A stretch of 64,000 bases of DNA, taken from assembly GCA_013334825.1 (NCBI GenBank), contig JAAXWR010000003.1, positions 37,167 to 101,166 of the forward strand, written 5' to 3'. The DNA is from Candidatus Yonathbacteria bacterium. GTDB taxonomy: Bacteria; Patescibacteriota; Minisyncoccia; Phycocordibacterales; JACNGX01. Made by a program: the position numbers and the translations under genes. Of the stretch, positions 16,157 through 25,324 are shown in pieces (position 1 is the first letter of the stretch; every line of letters starts with the position of its first letter). The notes under the pieces were generated by a model. It was not told the origin of the DNA. It did no database searches and worked only from the letters and a program-made list of their open reading frames with translations.

Positions 16157-18676
16157 TTACTGTTGTCCCGCTGGACCCATGGGAAATACCGTTTGGGTTC
16201 CTTGCGGAGTATTCGGCGCAGTTGGGTATGCCACTGGTGCAACAGGAAGTGTTGCTGGAGCAGAAGCATACGGTCCCGGCGCACTCTGATACGCAACTGG
16301 GGCAACAGGGGCTTGTGGAACATAGCGCATCGCCCGTTTTGCTTTATGCTCGTTATAAAAGAGCACGAGCTGACGAATAAGCACAATGATAATCAAGAGT
16401 AAGATCGTAAAGATAAGCCATCCGAGAAGCGTGTCAGGGAAGATTCCATCCCACCCAAAGAATGCTGCGGCGGCACCGGCATTGCGGTTTGCCTTAGCAT
16501 CAGCTTCAACATTGTCCGTCACACGAATGAAAATACTATTGGAAACTTCATTGTGTTTTGTGCTTTCAAGACGAGCAACGTTTTCAATCGTCATACCGGC
16601 ACGTGCATCATCAGTAACAACCATATCGAGCGTTACTTCACGTGATTCTCCCGAACGGAGTTCTCCGATATACCAGACAACCTCACGACGTGTGCCATCA
16701 TATCGGAGACTTTCATCGGCATTTGCAAATTCAAGGTAAAAGGGAATAAGATCATGAATAGTCGTCTCTTCAAGTGTATAGTCACCCGTGTTTTCTACTT
16801 GAATTGTAAAGCGCAATGTCTGTGCCTTTTCCGCAAAGACATCTGTCGGCGAACCATTTTGATAATCAATGTTCTCAACAGTCTTTGTTATACGTGCACC
16901 ATATTCTTTTACAGAAACAGGTTGTACTGGCCGTGTTGGCGTGTCATTCGGTGCACCAAGCGTCGTAAAGGACACGATGGCGCCGCGAGAAATACCGTAG
17001 GTATTTTGGACAACAAGACGATAATAATACGTTGTCGCGTAATCAAGTCCAAACATTGACTGATTCACCGCAACTGAAGAACTCCCCACGGACTGTGTCG
17101 CCGTTGTACGTCCAAGCGATTGAGTTGTTCCCCACTCAAACCACGCTGTCGTATATGCCGATGTTGGAACAGAAGCATTCCCCGTAAACCGTGCACTTGT
17201 GCGCGCCACGTTTACTGCAGACCCAGTTGTAGCAACAGGACCTTTATTGTCAATCCATCCACCATCACCGGTGCGGAAAGAGACAATGCTTCCGTAAACC
17301 GTACCAGCATCGTTACGCGCCGCGGCACGATAGTAATACGTTGTATTATTTTGAAGACCAGATACATATTCATTGAAGTTTCCTGCGGATGAACCTTGTC
17401 GATCACGACTTGTGTTGTACCCAAGAGAAAGTGTCGATCCATATTCAAACCAACGTTCTGTATCGCTATCACCTTGTGGATTTACATATCCATTCAATGT
17501 TGCTGACGAAGCTGTTACATTTGAAGGTTGATTGGTAGAAACAAATGGACGTTCGCTATCATCACCATCTTCATCTGTTGTGAAATACAAGCGATCACCA
17601 TATACCTTTCCTTCATCATTTTCACCAACGCAACGGAAATAATATTTTGTGTCTCCTTCAAGATCATCAATAAGCTGTTCAACCGTTTCTGTGTCGTCAT
17701 AGGAACGTTTATTTGTATCTTCATTCATAGATGTCGTCTCGCCGTATTCAAACCATACATCCGTATCTAAATCATTCGGATTGACATAACAACGTAAACG
17801 CGCGGAATCCTGTTCAATATCTGTTGCTGACTTTGTCTCAACAGCTGGCTCTTCTCCGTTATTCTCTTCTTCTGTGTGAAAGCTCAGGACAGATCCATAG
17901 TCAGAGCCAGCGTCATTACGTCCCACACAACGATAATAGTACGTTGTATCGTCAGAAAGCCCTGAGAGTGCCTGTTCGGCGGTTGTTGAAGAGCTATATG
18001 AACGTTGAGATGTACTCTTTGAAAGAGAAGAACTTGATGTCCCCCACTCAAACCACACATCGGTTGTGTCACCATTCGGGTCCACATCACAACGAAGTGT
18101 CGCGGAGTCTTCATCGATATTTGTTGCTGACTTTGTCGTTACCTCAGGGGCATCATAATCGGGGTCGTTATTGTTGCATCCGCCACAACCACATGTTGAA
18201 TTTCCACAGGAATCATATTGATAATTGTCAGTATAATCGTACGAAGAGCTCGAATAGTAGTATGGCTCGTAATCATACGAACTGTACGATGATTGATATG
18301 AACTATAATAATCTTGATACGGGTCATATGACGTTCCGTAGTCGGAGTTATCATAAACATAAGACGATGAGTAGTCGTTATTATAGTAACTATCATCATA
18401 ATAAGAGCTATAGTTATCATCGTATCCGTACGAATAATCGTCATAATAATACGAACCATATCCGTCGTCCGCGTAATAATCGTATGAATCATACGACGCA
18501 TAGCCATCATCGTAATATCCGTAGTCAGTATAGTACGACCCATAGTCATCCCAATAGTCGGCATGCGCTGTTTGGGGAAATACGGGCGCGACAAGTCCGA
18601 TCATAAGCGAAAACATCGCCATGACTGCACCGCCCATGCGGGCGAAATTGTGTTGTGAAGTGAAGATGGTATTCAT
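16157..18676 (-). CDS. cell-surface protein: signal peptide, Tyr/Asp/Ser-rich low-complexity region, four Fn3-like repeats, DUF11-like domain, C-terminal TM anchor and Pro-rich tail
   Basis: N-terminal signal/TM. Residues about 40-170 are almost only Y, D, S, G (DYWDDYGSYYTDYGYYDDGYASYDSYDYY...). Repeated ...NP.GD.T.VWFEYG......T.......V.GL...T.YYYR..A.ND.G...G....F modules. LTLDMVVTDDARAGMTIENVARL (DUF11-like). TM LLGWLIFTILLLIIIVLI followed by a PAP-rich tail. Confidence 0.75.
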   Translation of the reverse strand: MNTIFTSQHNFARMGGAVMAMFSLMIGLVAPVFPQTAHADYWDDYGSYYTDYGYYDDGYASYDSYDYYADDGYGSYYYDDYSYGYDDNYSSYYDDSYYNNDYSSSYVYDNSDYGTSYDPYQDYYSSYQSSYSSYDYEPYYYSSSSYDYTDNYQYDSCGNSTCGCGGCNNNDPDYDAPEVTTKSATNIDEDSATLRCDVDPNGDTTDVWFEWGTSSSSLSKSTSQRSYSSSTTAEQALSGLSDDTTYYYRCVGRNDAGSDYGSVLSFHTEEENNGEEPAVETKSATDIEQDSARLRCYVNPNDLDTDVWFEYGETTSMNEDTNKRSYDDTETVEQLIDDLEGDTKYYFRCVGENDEGKVYGDRLYFTTDEDGDDSERPFVSTNQPSNVTASSATLNGYVNPQGDSDTERWFEYGSTLSLGYNTSRDRQGSSAGNFNEYVSGLQNNTTYYYRAAARNDAGTVYGSIVSFRTGDGGWIDNKGPVATTGSAVNVARTSARFTGNASVPTSAYTTAWFEWGTTQSLGRTTATQSVGSSSVAVNQSMFGLDYATTYYYRLVVQNTYGISRGAIVSFTTLGAPNDTPTRPVQPVSVKEYGARITKTVENIDYQNGSPTDVFAEKAQTLRFTIQVENTGDYTLEETTIHDLIPFYLEFANADESLRYDGTRREVVWYIGELRSGESREVTLDMVVTDDARAGMTIENVARLESTKHNEVSNSIFIRVTDNVEADAKANRNAGAAAAFFGWDGIFPDTLLGWLIFTILLLIIIVLIRQLVLFYNEHKAKRAMRYVPQAPVAPVAYQSAPGPYASAPATLPVAPVAYPTAPNTPQGTQTVFPMGPAGQQ

Positions 18677-18924
18677 AAATATATGTTCAAATGAATAAAA
18701 GGCGAATAAAAAACGATAATGGCGCCCGCGTCATTACCGCGTGCACTTGACCTTTTCTGCTATTATACACGATAGCATACAGATTGTCAAGACTATCTCA
18801 ATACATCATTCATTATCTATACAGCTACACTATCTAGGTGCATAAGTCAAGAGAGTCTCTCTCATGTCCTTATTTTTCATACATAATCAAACATAAACAC
18901 TTTTCCACAATGCGACTAAAAGTA

Positions 18925-18955
18925 AACAACAAAAAACGCCCCCGAAGGGGCGTCT
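18925..18955 (-). terminator. intrinsic terminator of the 18969..19913 gene
   Basis: Minus strand: ACGCCCCTTCGGGGGCGT followed by TTTTTTGTTGTTT. Confidence 0.7.
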
Positions 18956-18968
18956 AAACAGGCACACA

Positions 18969-19913
18969 TCATCTCCCGCGATACTGATACGGGGTGAAAC
19001 GCATTGTCCTGCGCTGTGAGGACATCTGCCTCTCTCTCCTTTCATTGTTATTTACAGGAACGAGGCGTGTCGCCCCGTTCGAGTAATGAACGGCATCAAA
19101 CCATCTGCCATTACGACAGATACGTTTAACGCCCACCACCCGAACCCCCCTGGGGCCATCAGCGTACCGCAGAGATGCCGACGAGGAAGCGTGTACCTCA
19201 CGGAGAATCATCCCCGCGAGAGGTACTATCACTTCTGCAAGTGATCCACCTCTCTCCTCACGATATTCACGACGAGGTGAACGGCGTTCTTCCTCTCGTC
19301 GTCCCCGCACAACTGCCACGTCCTGACGAGACTGCTCAGGACGTGGGGGGAGAGTTGCAGCATTCCCGCACTCGTCGGCAACGAGGATAATGACAGGGTG
19401 AGCACCCCCGTTATCATCCTCGGCCCCCTCCATGAGGACGAGGAGAACACCCGAAATGTCCTCCCCCGTCTCATTTTTGAGAAGTCCACGACTCCCGTTG
19501 GGGAGTCTTGGCCCCTTCACGAAACCGCCTCCCTTTTGGTTAATGGCGAAAAAAGGATCGCCATTACGGAGAGTTGCCCGCCGGGCCTTTCCGTCGGCAA
19601 TCCGCACAAACTCCTTATGGAGTTCTGCGGTGTTGATGCCGTAAGCGTCCAGAGACGCTTTAAGCATCAACTCGTACTTGCCGAGCTCCCCCTTACGGAG
19701 AGCTTCGGGAATGCCTCCTTTGTAAAAGGGATTCCGTCCAATGTGGGCGTACTCCTTTTTCGCAAAGCGAAGTATGTCCTCACGGACACTCTCCATCCCG
19801 GATTGCTCTTCCTTCATAGGACGGTCAAGCCACTCATCGCCAACTGCGGCGAGAGCGGTGTTCACCACAAAGGAGCCCATAAGTGCGCCAAAAATTACGA
19901 TTTTTTTCATCAT
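18969..19913 (-). CDS. hypothetical secreted protein (signal peptide); C-terminal half of unusual Arg/Glu-rich composition
   Basis: N-terminus MMKKIVIFGALMGSFVVNTALAA is a signal peptide, and a terminator lies immediately 3'. The C-terminal third (RGRREEERRSPRREYREERG...) sits in a higher-GC stretch; the 3' end may be mis-framed. Confidence 0.4.
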   Translation of the reverse strand: MMKKIVIFGALMGSFVVNTALAAVGDEWLDRPMKEEQSGMESVREDILRFAKKEYAHIGRNPFYKGGIPEALRKGELGKYELMLKASLDAYGINTAELHKEFVRIADGKARRATLRNGDPFFAINQKGGGFVKGPRLPNGSRGLLKNETGEDISGVLLVLMEGAEDDNGGAHPVIILVADECGNAATLPPRPEQSRQDVAVVRGRREEERRSPRREYREERGGSLAEVIVPLAGMILREVHASSSASLRYADGPRGVRVVGVKRICRNGRWFDAVHYSNGATRLVPVNNNERRERQMSSQRRTMRFTPYQYRGR

Positions 19914-20063
19914 TTTTCGGGGTATTGAGCCCCGCCTTTAAATTGAAAATAACAAGAATTGCTTATATAATAGCGCAAAACACACAAAATGTCAAGCCAC
20001 TGTGTTTTTCTCTCTATGCCATGTTCTTAACAAAAAAAGCCGCTTTCGCGGCTTTTAAAAACT

Positions 20064-20390
20064 CTAATGGTACCGCCGAGAGAAACAAGAAACTCTCCTC
20101 ATGTGACGGCAGTGTCGGCGTACAAAAACTCTCCGCACACAGGGTTCCTCCCCTCTCTCCCTTTGCATGGCGACATGTGTCCCCGGAACACTTGAGTTCC
20201 AGTACCCTTGGGGATTGTGCCAATATCCCGAACGGCGCGTATTCCGGTAAAAATCACCAGAGAATCCCCGTTGAAAATCAGCATTTCCCTGCACGTAGCC
20301 ACGTGCAAACTCGTTACGCACTGTCCACGCATGCGCAGACGAACTCTGTGCATAAACGAGCATACCAATAATCAGACATATCATTTTCAT
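20064..20390 (-). CDS. small secreted protein, hypothetical
   Basis: Signal peptide MKMICLIIGMLVYAQSSSAHA; mature part rich in R/Y/W/G; overlapped by alternative ORFs, so uncertain. Confidence 0.3.
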   Translation of the reverse strand: MKMICLIIGMLVYAQSSSAHAWTVRNEFARGYVQGNADFQRGFSGDFYRNTRRSGYWHNPQGYWNSSVPGTHVAMQRERGEEPCVRRVFVRRHCRHMRRVSCFSRRYH

Positions 20391-20571
20391 ATCTTTTTTC
20401 TAATTTTCTAGGTTTAAAAAACTCTTCTTCTTTCATATCAAAAACAAGTCCCCTTTGTCAACTTGTTCGCTATAAACTTTTTTCAGTTTTCATATGCATA
20501 CACTACAAAAAACTTTTATATTTTCTTTTCTACATATTATTCATCATTCACGTCTATGCTATACTATACAC

Positions 20572-22278
20572 ATGACAACTTTTCAGGATCCGAAACAAGA
20601 CGAACGTTTTAGAGAACTCCAAAAAAAAGAGCAGGAAGACTTAGTCGTCATGCTCGCGGAACGCCACGGGTTCCCTCATACACGCCTTTCAACAGCCACT
20701 ATCAATACCGATGCACTTCGTCTCATTCCTGAAGCAGAGGCACGTAAGGCAAACGTTGCCCCATTCGCACTCATTGGAAAGCGCGTCAAAGTCGGTGCAA
20801 CTTCCCCCACAAGTCCTGAAACTCTCGCCATCGTCGACGACCTCTCACGTCGTGGATATGAACCAGAGGTCGTCATGATTTCTCAAACAAGTATTGAACA
20901 CGCATGGGTGCTCTATCCGGAAATATCGAAAGCAGAAGAAACAGAAGCGGGTGTTTTTGATGTTTCAGGACGAGAGCTAGTCTCTCTCGCACAAGACATC
21001 AAGGGATTATCTGGTATCACCGATGCTGTCACAGCGATTACCGACACATCCTCTTCGCGCAATAAAATTTCTCGCGTTCTTGAAGCACTTCTGGGTGGAG
21101 CAGTCGCAGTAGGTGCATCAGATATTCACTTTGAACCAGAAGCATCTGGTGCACGTGTACGCATGCGTATCGACGGTGTTCTTATTGATGTATCTCGTTT
21201 AAATGGAGATATGTATCGTTTTCTTTTGTCTCGTATCAAACTTCTTTCAGGACTCAAGTTAAACATTACGGAGAATTCTCAAGATGGACGTTTTAGTATT
21301 CGGTTGCCAGAAAACGCTATTGAAATTCGTACTTCTGTTATCCCAGAAGAACACGGTGAGTCTGTTGTTATGCGTCTTTTAAATCCTGAGTCACTCACCA
21401 TTCCTTTTGAAGAACTTGGTATTGATCCATATCTATTCGCCATTCTCAAAAAAGAAATCAATCGTCCCGATGGATTGGTACTCACCACTGGCCCCACTGG
21501 TTCAGGAAAAACAACAACTCTCTACTCATTTCTCAAATATATTCACACTCCCGAAGTAAAAATCATCACCATAGAAAACCCAATTGAATATCATCTTGAC
21601 GGCATCACTCAAACCCAAACGAATACCAAGGAAGGATATACATTCGTCCAAGGTCTCAAAACAGCACTTCGTCAAGATCCCGATATTATCATGGTTGGTG
21701 AAATCCGTGACTCCGATACGGCGCAAACGGCTTTGAACGCAGCTTTTACCGGACACCTTGTTTTTTCAACACTACATACCAATAACGCAGCGGGGGTCAT
21801 TCCCAGACTGGTAAACCTTGGCGTTAACCCAAAACTTATTACTTCGGGCCTCAATGTTTCACTCGCACAACGTCTCACACGTCGTCTTTGCCCTACATGT
21901 AAGCGTCCGCACGTCTTTGACGCAGAGGAGCAAAATATCGTTGAACGAGCAATTGACCGGTACAACAAAAAACGCGGAACGGACAAATCGTTCGCGCAAG
22001 GAACTTTTTTTGATGCGAATACAGATACAGAAAACACCTGTCCTGTATGCGGCGGGCTTGGCTATAAAGGACGTATCGGCGTATATGAAGGCATCCTCAC
22101 TGATGAACATATCGAAGCGGTCATTTTAAGTGACAACCTCACTGAACGAGAAATAAAAAAAGCGGCCGAAGCCCAAAATATTCCGAGCATGGCCGAAGAT
22201 GGTATCGCAGGAAAAATGTATGCGGGTTTGACCTCATTTCATGAGCTTCGTCGAGTTGTGGATGTCGATGAAACGTGA
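20572..22278 (+). CDS. pilB: type IV pilus assembly ATPase PilB (GspE-family secretion ATPase)
   Basis: T2SSE N-terminal domain; Walker A LTTGPTGSGKTTTL; Asp/His boxes; C-terminal tetracysteine zinc motif CPTC...CPVCG. Start at ATG 20572, immediately after the TGCTATACT motif; the ORF track extends to 20494. Confidence 0.9.
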   Translation: MTTFQDPKQDERFRELQKKEQEDLVVMLAERHGFPHTRLSTATINTDALRLIPEAEARKANVAPFALIGKRVKVGATSPTSPETLAIVDDLSRRGYEPEVVMISQTSIEHAWVLYPEISKAEETEAGVFDVSGRELVSLAQDIKGLSGITDAVTAITDTSSSRNKISRVLEALLGGAVAVGASDIHFEPEASGARVRMRIDGVLIDVSRLNGDMYRFLLSRIKLLSGLKLNITENSQDGRFSIRLPENAIEIRTSVIPEEHGESVVMRLLNPESLTIPFEELGIDPYLFAILKKEINRPDGLVLTTGPTGSGKTTTLYSFLKYIHTPEVKIITIENPIEYHLDGITQTQTNTKEGYTFVQGLKTALRQDPDIIMVGEIRDSDTAQTALNAAFTGHLVFSTLHTNNAAGVIPRLVNLGVNPKLITSGLNVSLAQRLTRRLCPTCKRPHVFDAEEQNIVERAIDRYNKKRGTDKSFAQGTFFDANTDTENTCPVCGGLGYKGRIGVYEGILTDEHIEAVILSDNLTEREIKKAAEAQNIPSMAEDGIAGKMYAGLTSFHELRRVVDVDET

Positions 22279-22517
22279 GAGAATAAGCATGAGGTAAATA
22301 AAAAGCGCATGATCCTCCAAGCAAACTTTTAAGTTAGGCACTGAAAAGAAGGAAGAGTCCTCGGGATAGGTCGAGCCGTTTCGTATAAAAAACGAAACAC
22401 CGGACCGTCCCTGGACAAATCCCGCATTGCTTAGAGGATCATACGCTCGTTTCACGTCTTGATCCGACGATATTACTGTTGTCGTTTCGTTACGTATCCT
22501 ATCATACTTGTAAAAAT

Positions 22518-23552
22518 ATGTCAAGTACTCCCCCGAAGACACAGGAGTCCGGTATTCCAGATGCCCGAGAAGATCGCAATCTCGATCAAACATTGCGTCC
22601 TGCCTCATGGGACGAATATATTGGTCAAGAGGGAATAAAAACAAATCTCCACATCCTTCTCACTGCCGCGAAAAACCGCAATCAAACTCCTGAACATATT
22701 CTCTTTTACGGGCCTCCTGGTCTCGGTAAGACAACGCTCGCTCATTTAATTGCACGCGAAACACGTGCGCAGATGCGCATGACGTCTGGTCCTGCTATTG
22801 AGAAGGTTGGCGATCTTGCGTCTATTCTCACCAATCTTTCTCCTGGAGATATTTTGTTTATCGACGAAATTCATCGTCTCAATAAACTTATTGAAGAAAT
22901 TCTCTACCCCGCGATGGAGTCTGGTGTTCTTGATATCATCATCGGCAAAGGTCCTTCTGCACGTACCATCCAACTTGAACTCCCTCCTTTTACACTGATT
23001 GCCGCAACGACACGCATTTCACTCCTTTCATCACCCCTCAGATCACGATTCTCTGGAGGAACATTCCGCCTCGAATTTTATACAGACGAAGAAATTGCCC
23101 GTATCGTCAGTCGTTCCGCCACCATCCTTGGTGTTCCACTCGCGGATGATGCAGCAATGGAAATCGCATCACGAAGTCGCTTCACCCCACGCACCGCAAA
23201 TTATCTCTTGAAGCGTTGTCGTGATTTCGCAGATGTACGAGAAACAACGCTCGACAAACGTGCTGTTGGGGATGCACTCACACTCCTCTCAGTAGATACA
23301 CTCGGGCTTACCTCTGCTGATCGCGCCATTCTTCGTGCTATTATTGAGAAGTTCCATGGTGGCCCTGTGGGACTCAAAACTGTCGCAGCTGCCATAGCTG
23401 AAGAAGAGAGCGCGATTGAAGAAGTCCACGAACCCTATCTTATGCGTCTTGGACTTCTTGAAAGAACCCCGCGTGGTCGTCAAGTAACTCCCAAAGCATA
23501 TGAACATTTGGGAATCCCCGTTCCAGAACATTTACAAACAACACTTCTGTAA
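22518..23552 (+). CDS. ruvB: Holliday junction branch migration helicase RuvB
   Basis: LRPASWDEYIGQE...FYGPPGLGKTTLAHLIA (AAA+ Walker A), FIDEIHRL, RuvB C-terminal winged helix. Confidence 0.9.
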   Translation: MSSTPPKTQESGIPDAREDRNLDQTLRPASWDEYIGQEGIKTNLHILLTAAKNRNQTPEHILFYGPPGLGKTTLAHLIARETRAQMRMTSGPAIEKVGDLASILTNLSPGDILFIDEIHRLNKLIEEILYPAMESGVLDIIIGKGPSARTIQLELPPFTLIAATTRISLLSSPLRSRFSGGTFRLEFYTDEEIARIVSRSATILGVPLADDAAMEIASRSRFTPRTANYLLKRCRDFADVRETTLDKRAVGDALTLLSVDTLGLTSADRAILRAIIEKFHGGPVGLKTVAAAIAEEESAIEEVHEPYLMRLGLLERTPRGRQVTPKAYEHLGIPVPEHLQTTLL

Positions 23553-23564
23553 TTTCTTTTTACT

Positions 23565-23625
23565 ATCTTCCTAATCTCCCAATTTACTAATCTCCTATCT
23601 CCCTATTCTCCTAACCTCCTATCCT
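23565..23625 (+). repeat. pyrimidine-rich tandem octamers (TAWYCTCC x5) immediately upstream of yebC
   Basis: taatctcc, taatctcc, tatctccc, tattctcc, taacctcc, tatcct-ATG. Confidence 0.6.
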
Positions 23626-24156
23626 ATGTCTGGTCACAATAAATGGTCAAAAATTAAACATAAAAAAGCAGCGAGTGATGCACAAAAGAGCAAACTCTTT
23701 GGGAAACTCGCGAAGCTTATCGCAACTGAGTCAAAGCGTGTAGGTGGTGACATATCAGCACCTGCACTTCGTGCTGTTATCGACAAAGCAAAAGCCGAAA
23801 ATATGCCGTCTGATAATATTGACCGTGCAGTAAAAAAAGGTATGAGTGCGGACGCTGCCACCATGGAATTTGTCCAATATGAAGCATACGGCCCGGGAGG
23901 ATGCGGCATCATCATTGATGGACTCACTGATAACAAAAACCGTACCGCTCAGGAATTAAAACATCTTTTGTCAAAAAACGGTATCGCTCTCGCCGCCCCA
24001 GGGTCGGCACTATGGATGTTTACCAAGGGAAATGAAGGGCTTGAAGCCACAATGACAGTTGATCTTTCGGAGGACGAAGGAGCAAAACTTGAAACACTTC
24101 TTGAGGCACTTGAAGAACATGATGACGTGCAAGAAGTGTATACGAATGCGAACTAA
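23626..24156 (+). CDS. yebC: YebC/PmpR-family transcriptional regulator, compact (176 aa) form
   Basis: MSGHNKWSKIKHKKAASDAQKSKLFGKLAKLI..., YEAYGPGG, C-terminal DDVQEVYTN. The middle subdomain present in about 245-aa YebC proteins appears to be missing. Confidence 0.75.
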   Translation: MSGHNKWSKIKHKKAASDAQKSKLFGKLAKLIATESKRVGGDISAPALRAVIDKAKAENMPSDNIDRAVKKGMSADAATMEFVQYEAYGPGGCGIIIDGLTDNKNRTAQELKHLLSKNGIALAAPGSALWMFTKGNEGLEATMTVDLSEDEGAKLETLLEALEEHDDVQEVYTNAN

Positions 24157-24269
24157 AAGAACGTAGGTAAGAGGAAACAGGTTATAGGGACAAACACTCG
24201 AATCAAGCATGCCCTGCACCCTACGTGGCGTGCTGTGCATCCTACGTGGTGCACAGTGCACAGTGCTGG

Positions 24270-24440
24270 GGAATATACGAATGACTAAAAAACGATAAAC
24301 GATGAAATACGAAAATAGAAATAAGAAATATGAAGACGAAAACTATAAACGGCACACGATGAAATACGGAAATTGAAATATGAAATATGAAGAAGAAAAC
24401 TATAAACGGTAAATGATAAAAAATTTGTTATCTCGTTTTA
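24270..24440. repeat. dispersed AT-rich intergenic repeat (inverted relative to the 15266-15365 copy)
   Basis: gaatatacgaatgactaaaaaacgataaacgatgaaatacg...aactataaacgg is the approximate reverse complement of cgtttatcgttttttatag...gtcattcgtatattc at 15300-15365. Confidence 0.6.
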
Positions 24441-24552
24441 TTTCTACTCATACAGAAAGAGAAGTTGTGTATGTCATTGAAACATTAAGGTGTTGTTTAC
24501 ATATTGAGATTTATTTGAAATTTAGATTTTGTAATTTTGATTTTTTACTCTT

Positions 24553-25044
24553 ATGCGTATTCTTGCTATTGATCCAGGGTTTGACCGTGTAGGTATTGCT
24601 GTCCTTGAGAAACAAAACGGAAAAGAAGTCGTTCTTCATTCATCATGTGTGATTACTGACCGGGCGTTTTCTTTTGCGGAACGTCTTCTTTCCATTGAGC
24701 AAGCTCTTACCTGTGTTATTGAAACACACACACCAAATCTCTGTGCTGTCGAAGATCTCTTCTTTGCCGCAAATAAAACAACGGCCATAAAAGTCGCACA
24801 AGCTCGTGGGGTCATTGTGGTCACCGCTGCACGAGCAGGGATTCCTGTAAAAGACATTTCACCCCTTCAAGTAAAAATGGCGGTGACGGGATATGGACGA
24901 GCAGATAAAGCACAAATAGATATGATGGTACGAAAAACAGTGACACTCCCGAAAGAAACAATGCTCGACGATGAAATGGACGCTATCGCCATCGGTGTGA
25001 CAGCGCTCGCGATGTTTGGAAAAACAACCTATCCACAAACATAA
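24553..25044 (+). CDS. ruvC: crossover junction endodeoxyribonuclease RuvC
   Basis: MRILAIDPGFDRVGIAVLE (RNase H-like fold, catalytic D7) and conserved downstream acidic residues. Confidence 0.85.
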   Translation: MRILAIDPGFDRVGIAVLEKQNGKEVVLHSSCVITDRAFSFAERLLSIEQALTCVIETHTPNLCAVEDLFFAANKTTAIKVAQARGVIVVTAARAGIPVKDISPLQVKMAVTGYGRADKAQIDMMVRKTVTLPKETMLDDEMDAIAIGVTALAMFGKTTYPQT

Positions 25045-25116
25045 GGGCTTGCATTCTTTCTCATTCTTTTGTACAAATACAGGTAGTTATAAGATTAAGC
25101 ATTTGAAATTCTTTTT

Positions 25117-25248
25117 ATGGAGGATTTTATAGATTCTGAACTAGATATCCTTGCCGGTTTTGGTGAGGACGAAAAACGAAATAATACCAGCGAGGAAGAC
25201 GTTGACGCGGTCGCATATGATCGTTACGACGACGAAGATACATTCTAA
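25117..25248 (+). CDS. small acidic peptide (43 aa), hypothetical
   Basis: ATG...TAA ORF MEDFIDSELDILAGFGEDEKRNNTSEEDVDAVAYDRYDDEDTF, below the ORF-track size cutoff; no homology recognised. Confidence 0.2.
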   Translation: MEDFIDSELDILAGFGEDEKRNNTSEEDVDAVAYDRYDDEDTF

Positions 25249-25324
25249 GTAAGAGTAGTATCTTTACTCTATTGTTTCATACAAAAAACACATGAGATAC
25301 ATCCCATGTGTTTTTTGTATGAAA

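Noticed and set aside
15732-16289. 185-aa plus-strand ORF spanning tsaE and the downstream spacer
   Set aside because: Antisense to tsaE and reads through the terminator-like hairpin; no supporting motifs
17824-18606. 260-aa plus-strand ORF rich in His/Asn/Arg/Tyr
   Set aside because: Antisense image of the Tyr/Asp/Ser-rich low-complexity segment of the 839-aa surface protein gene
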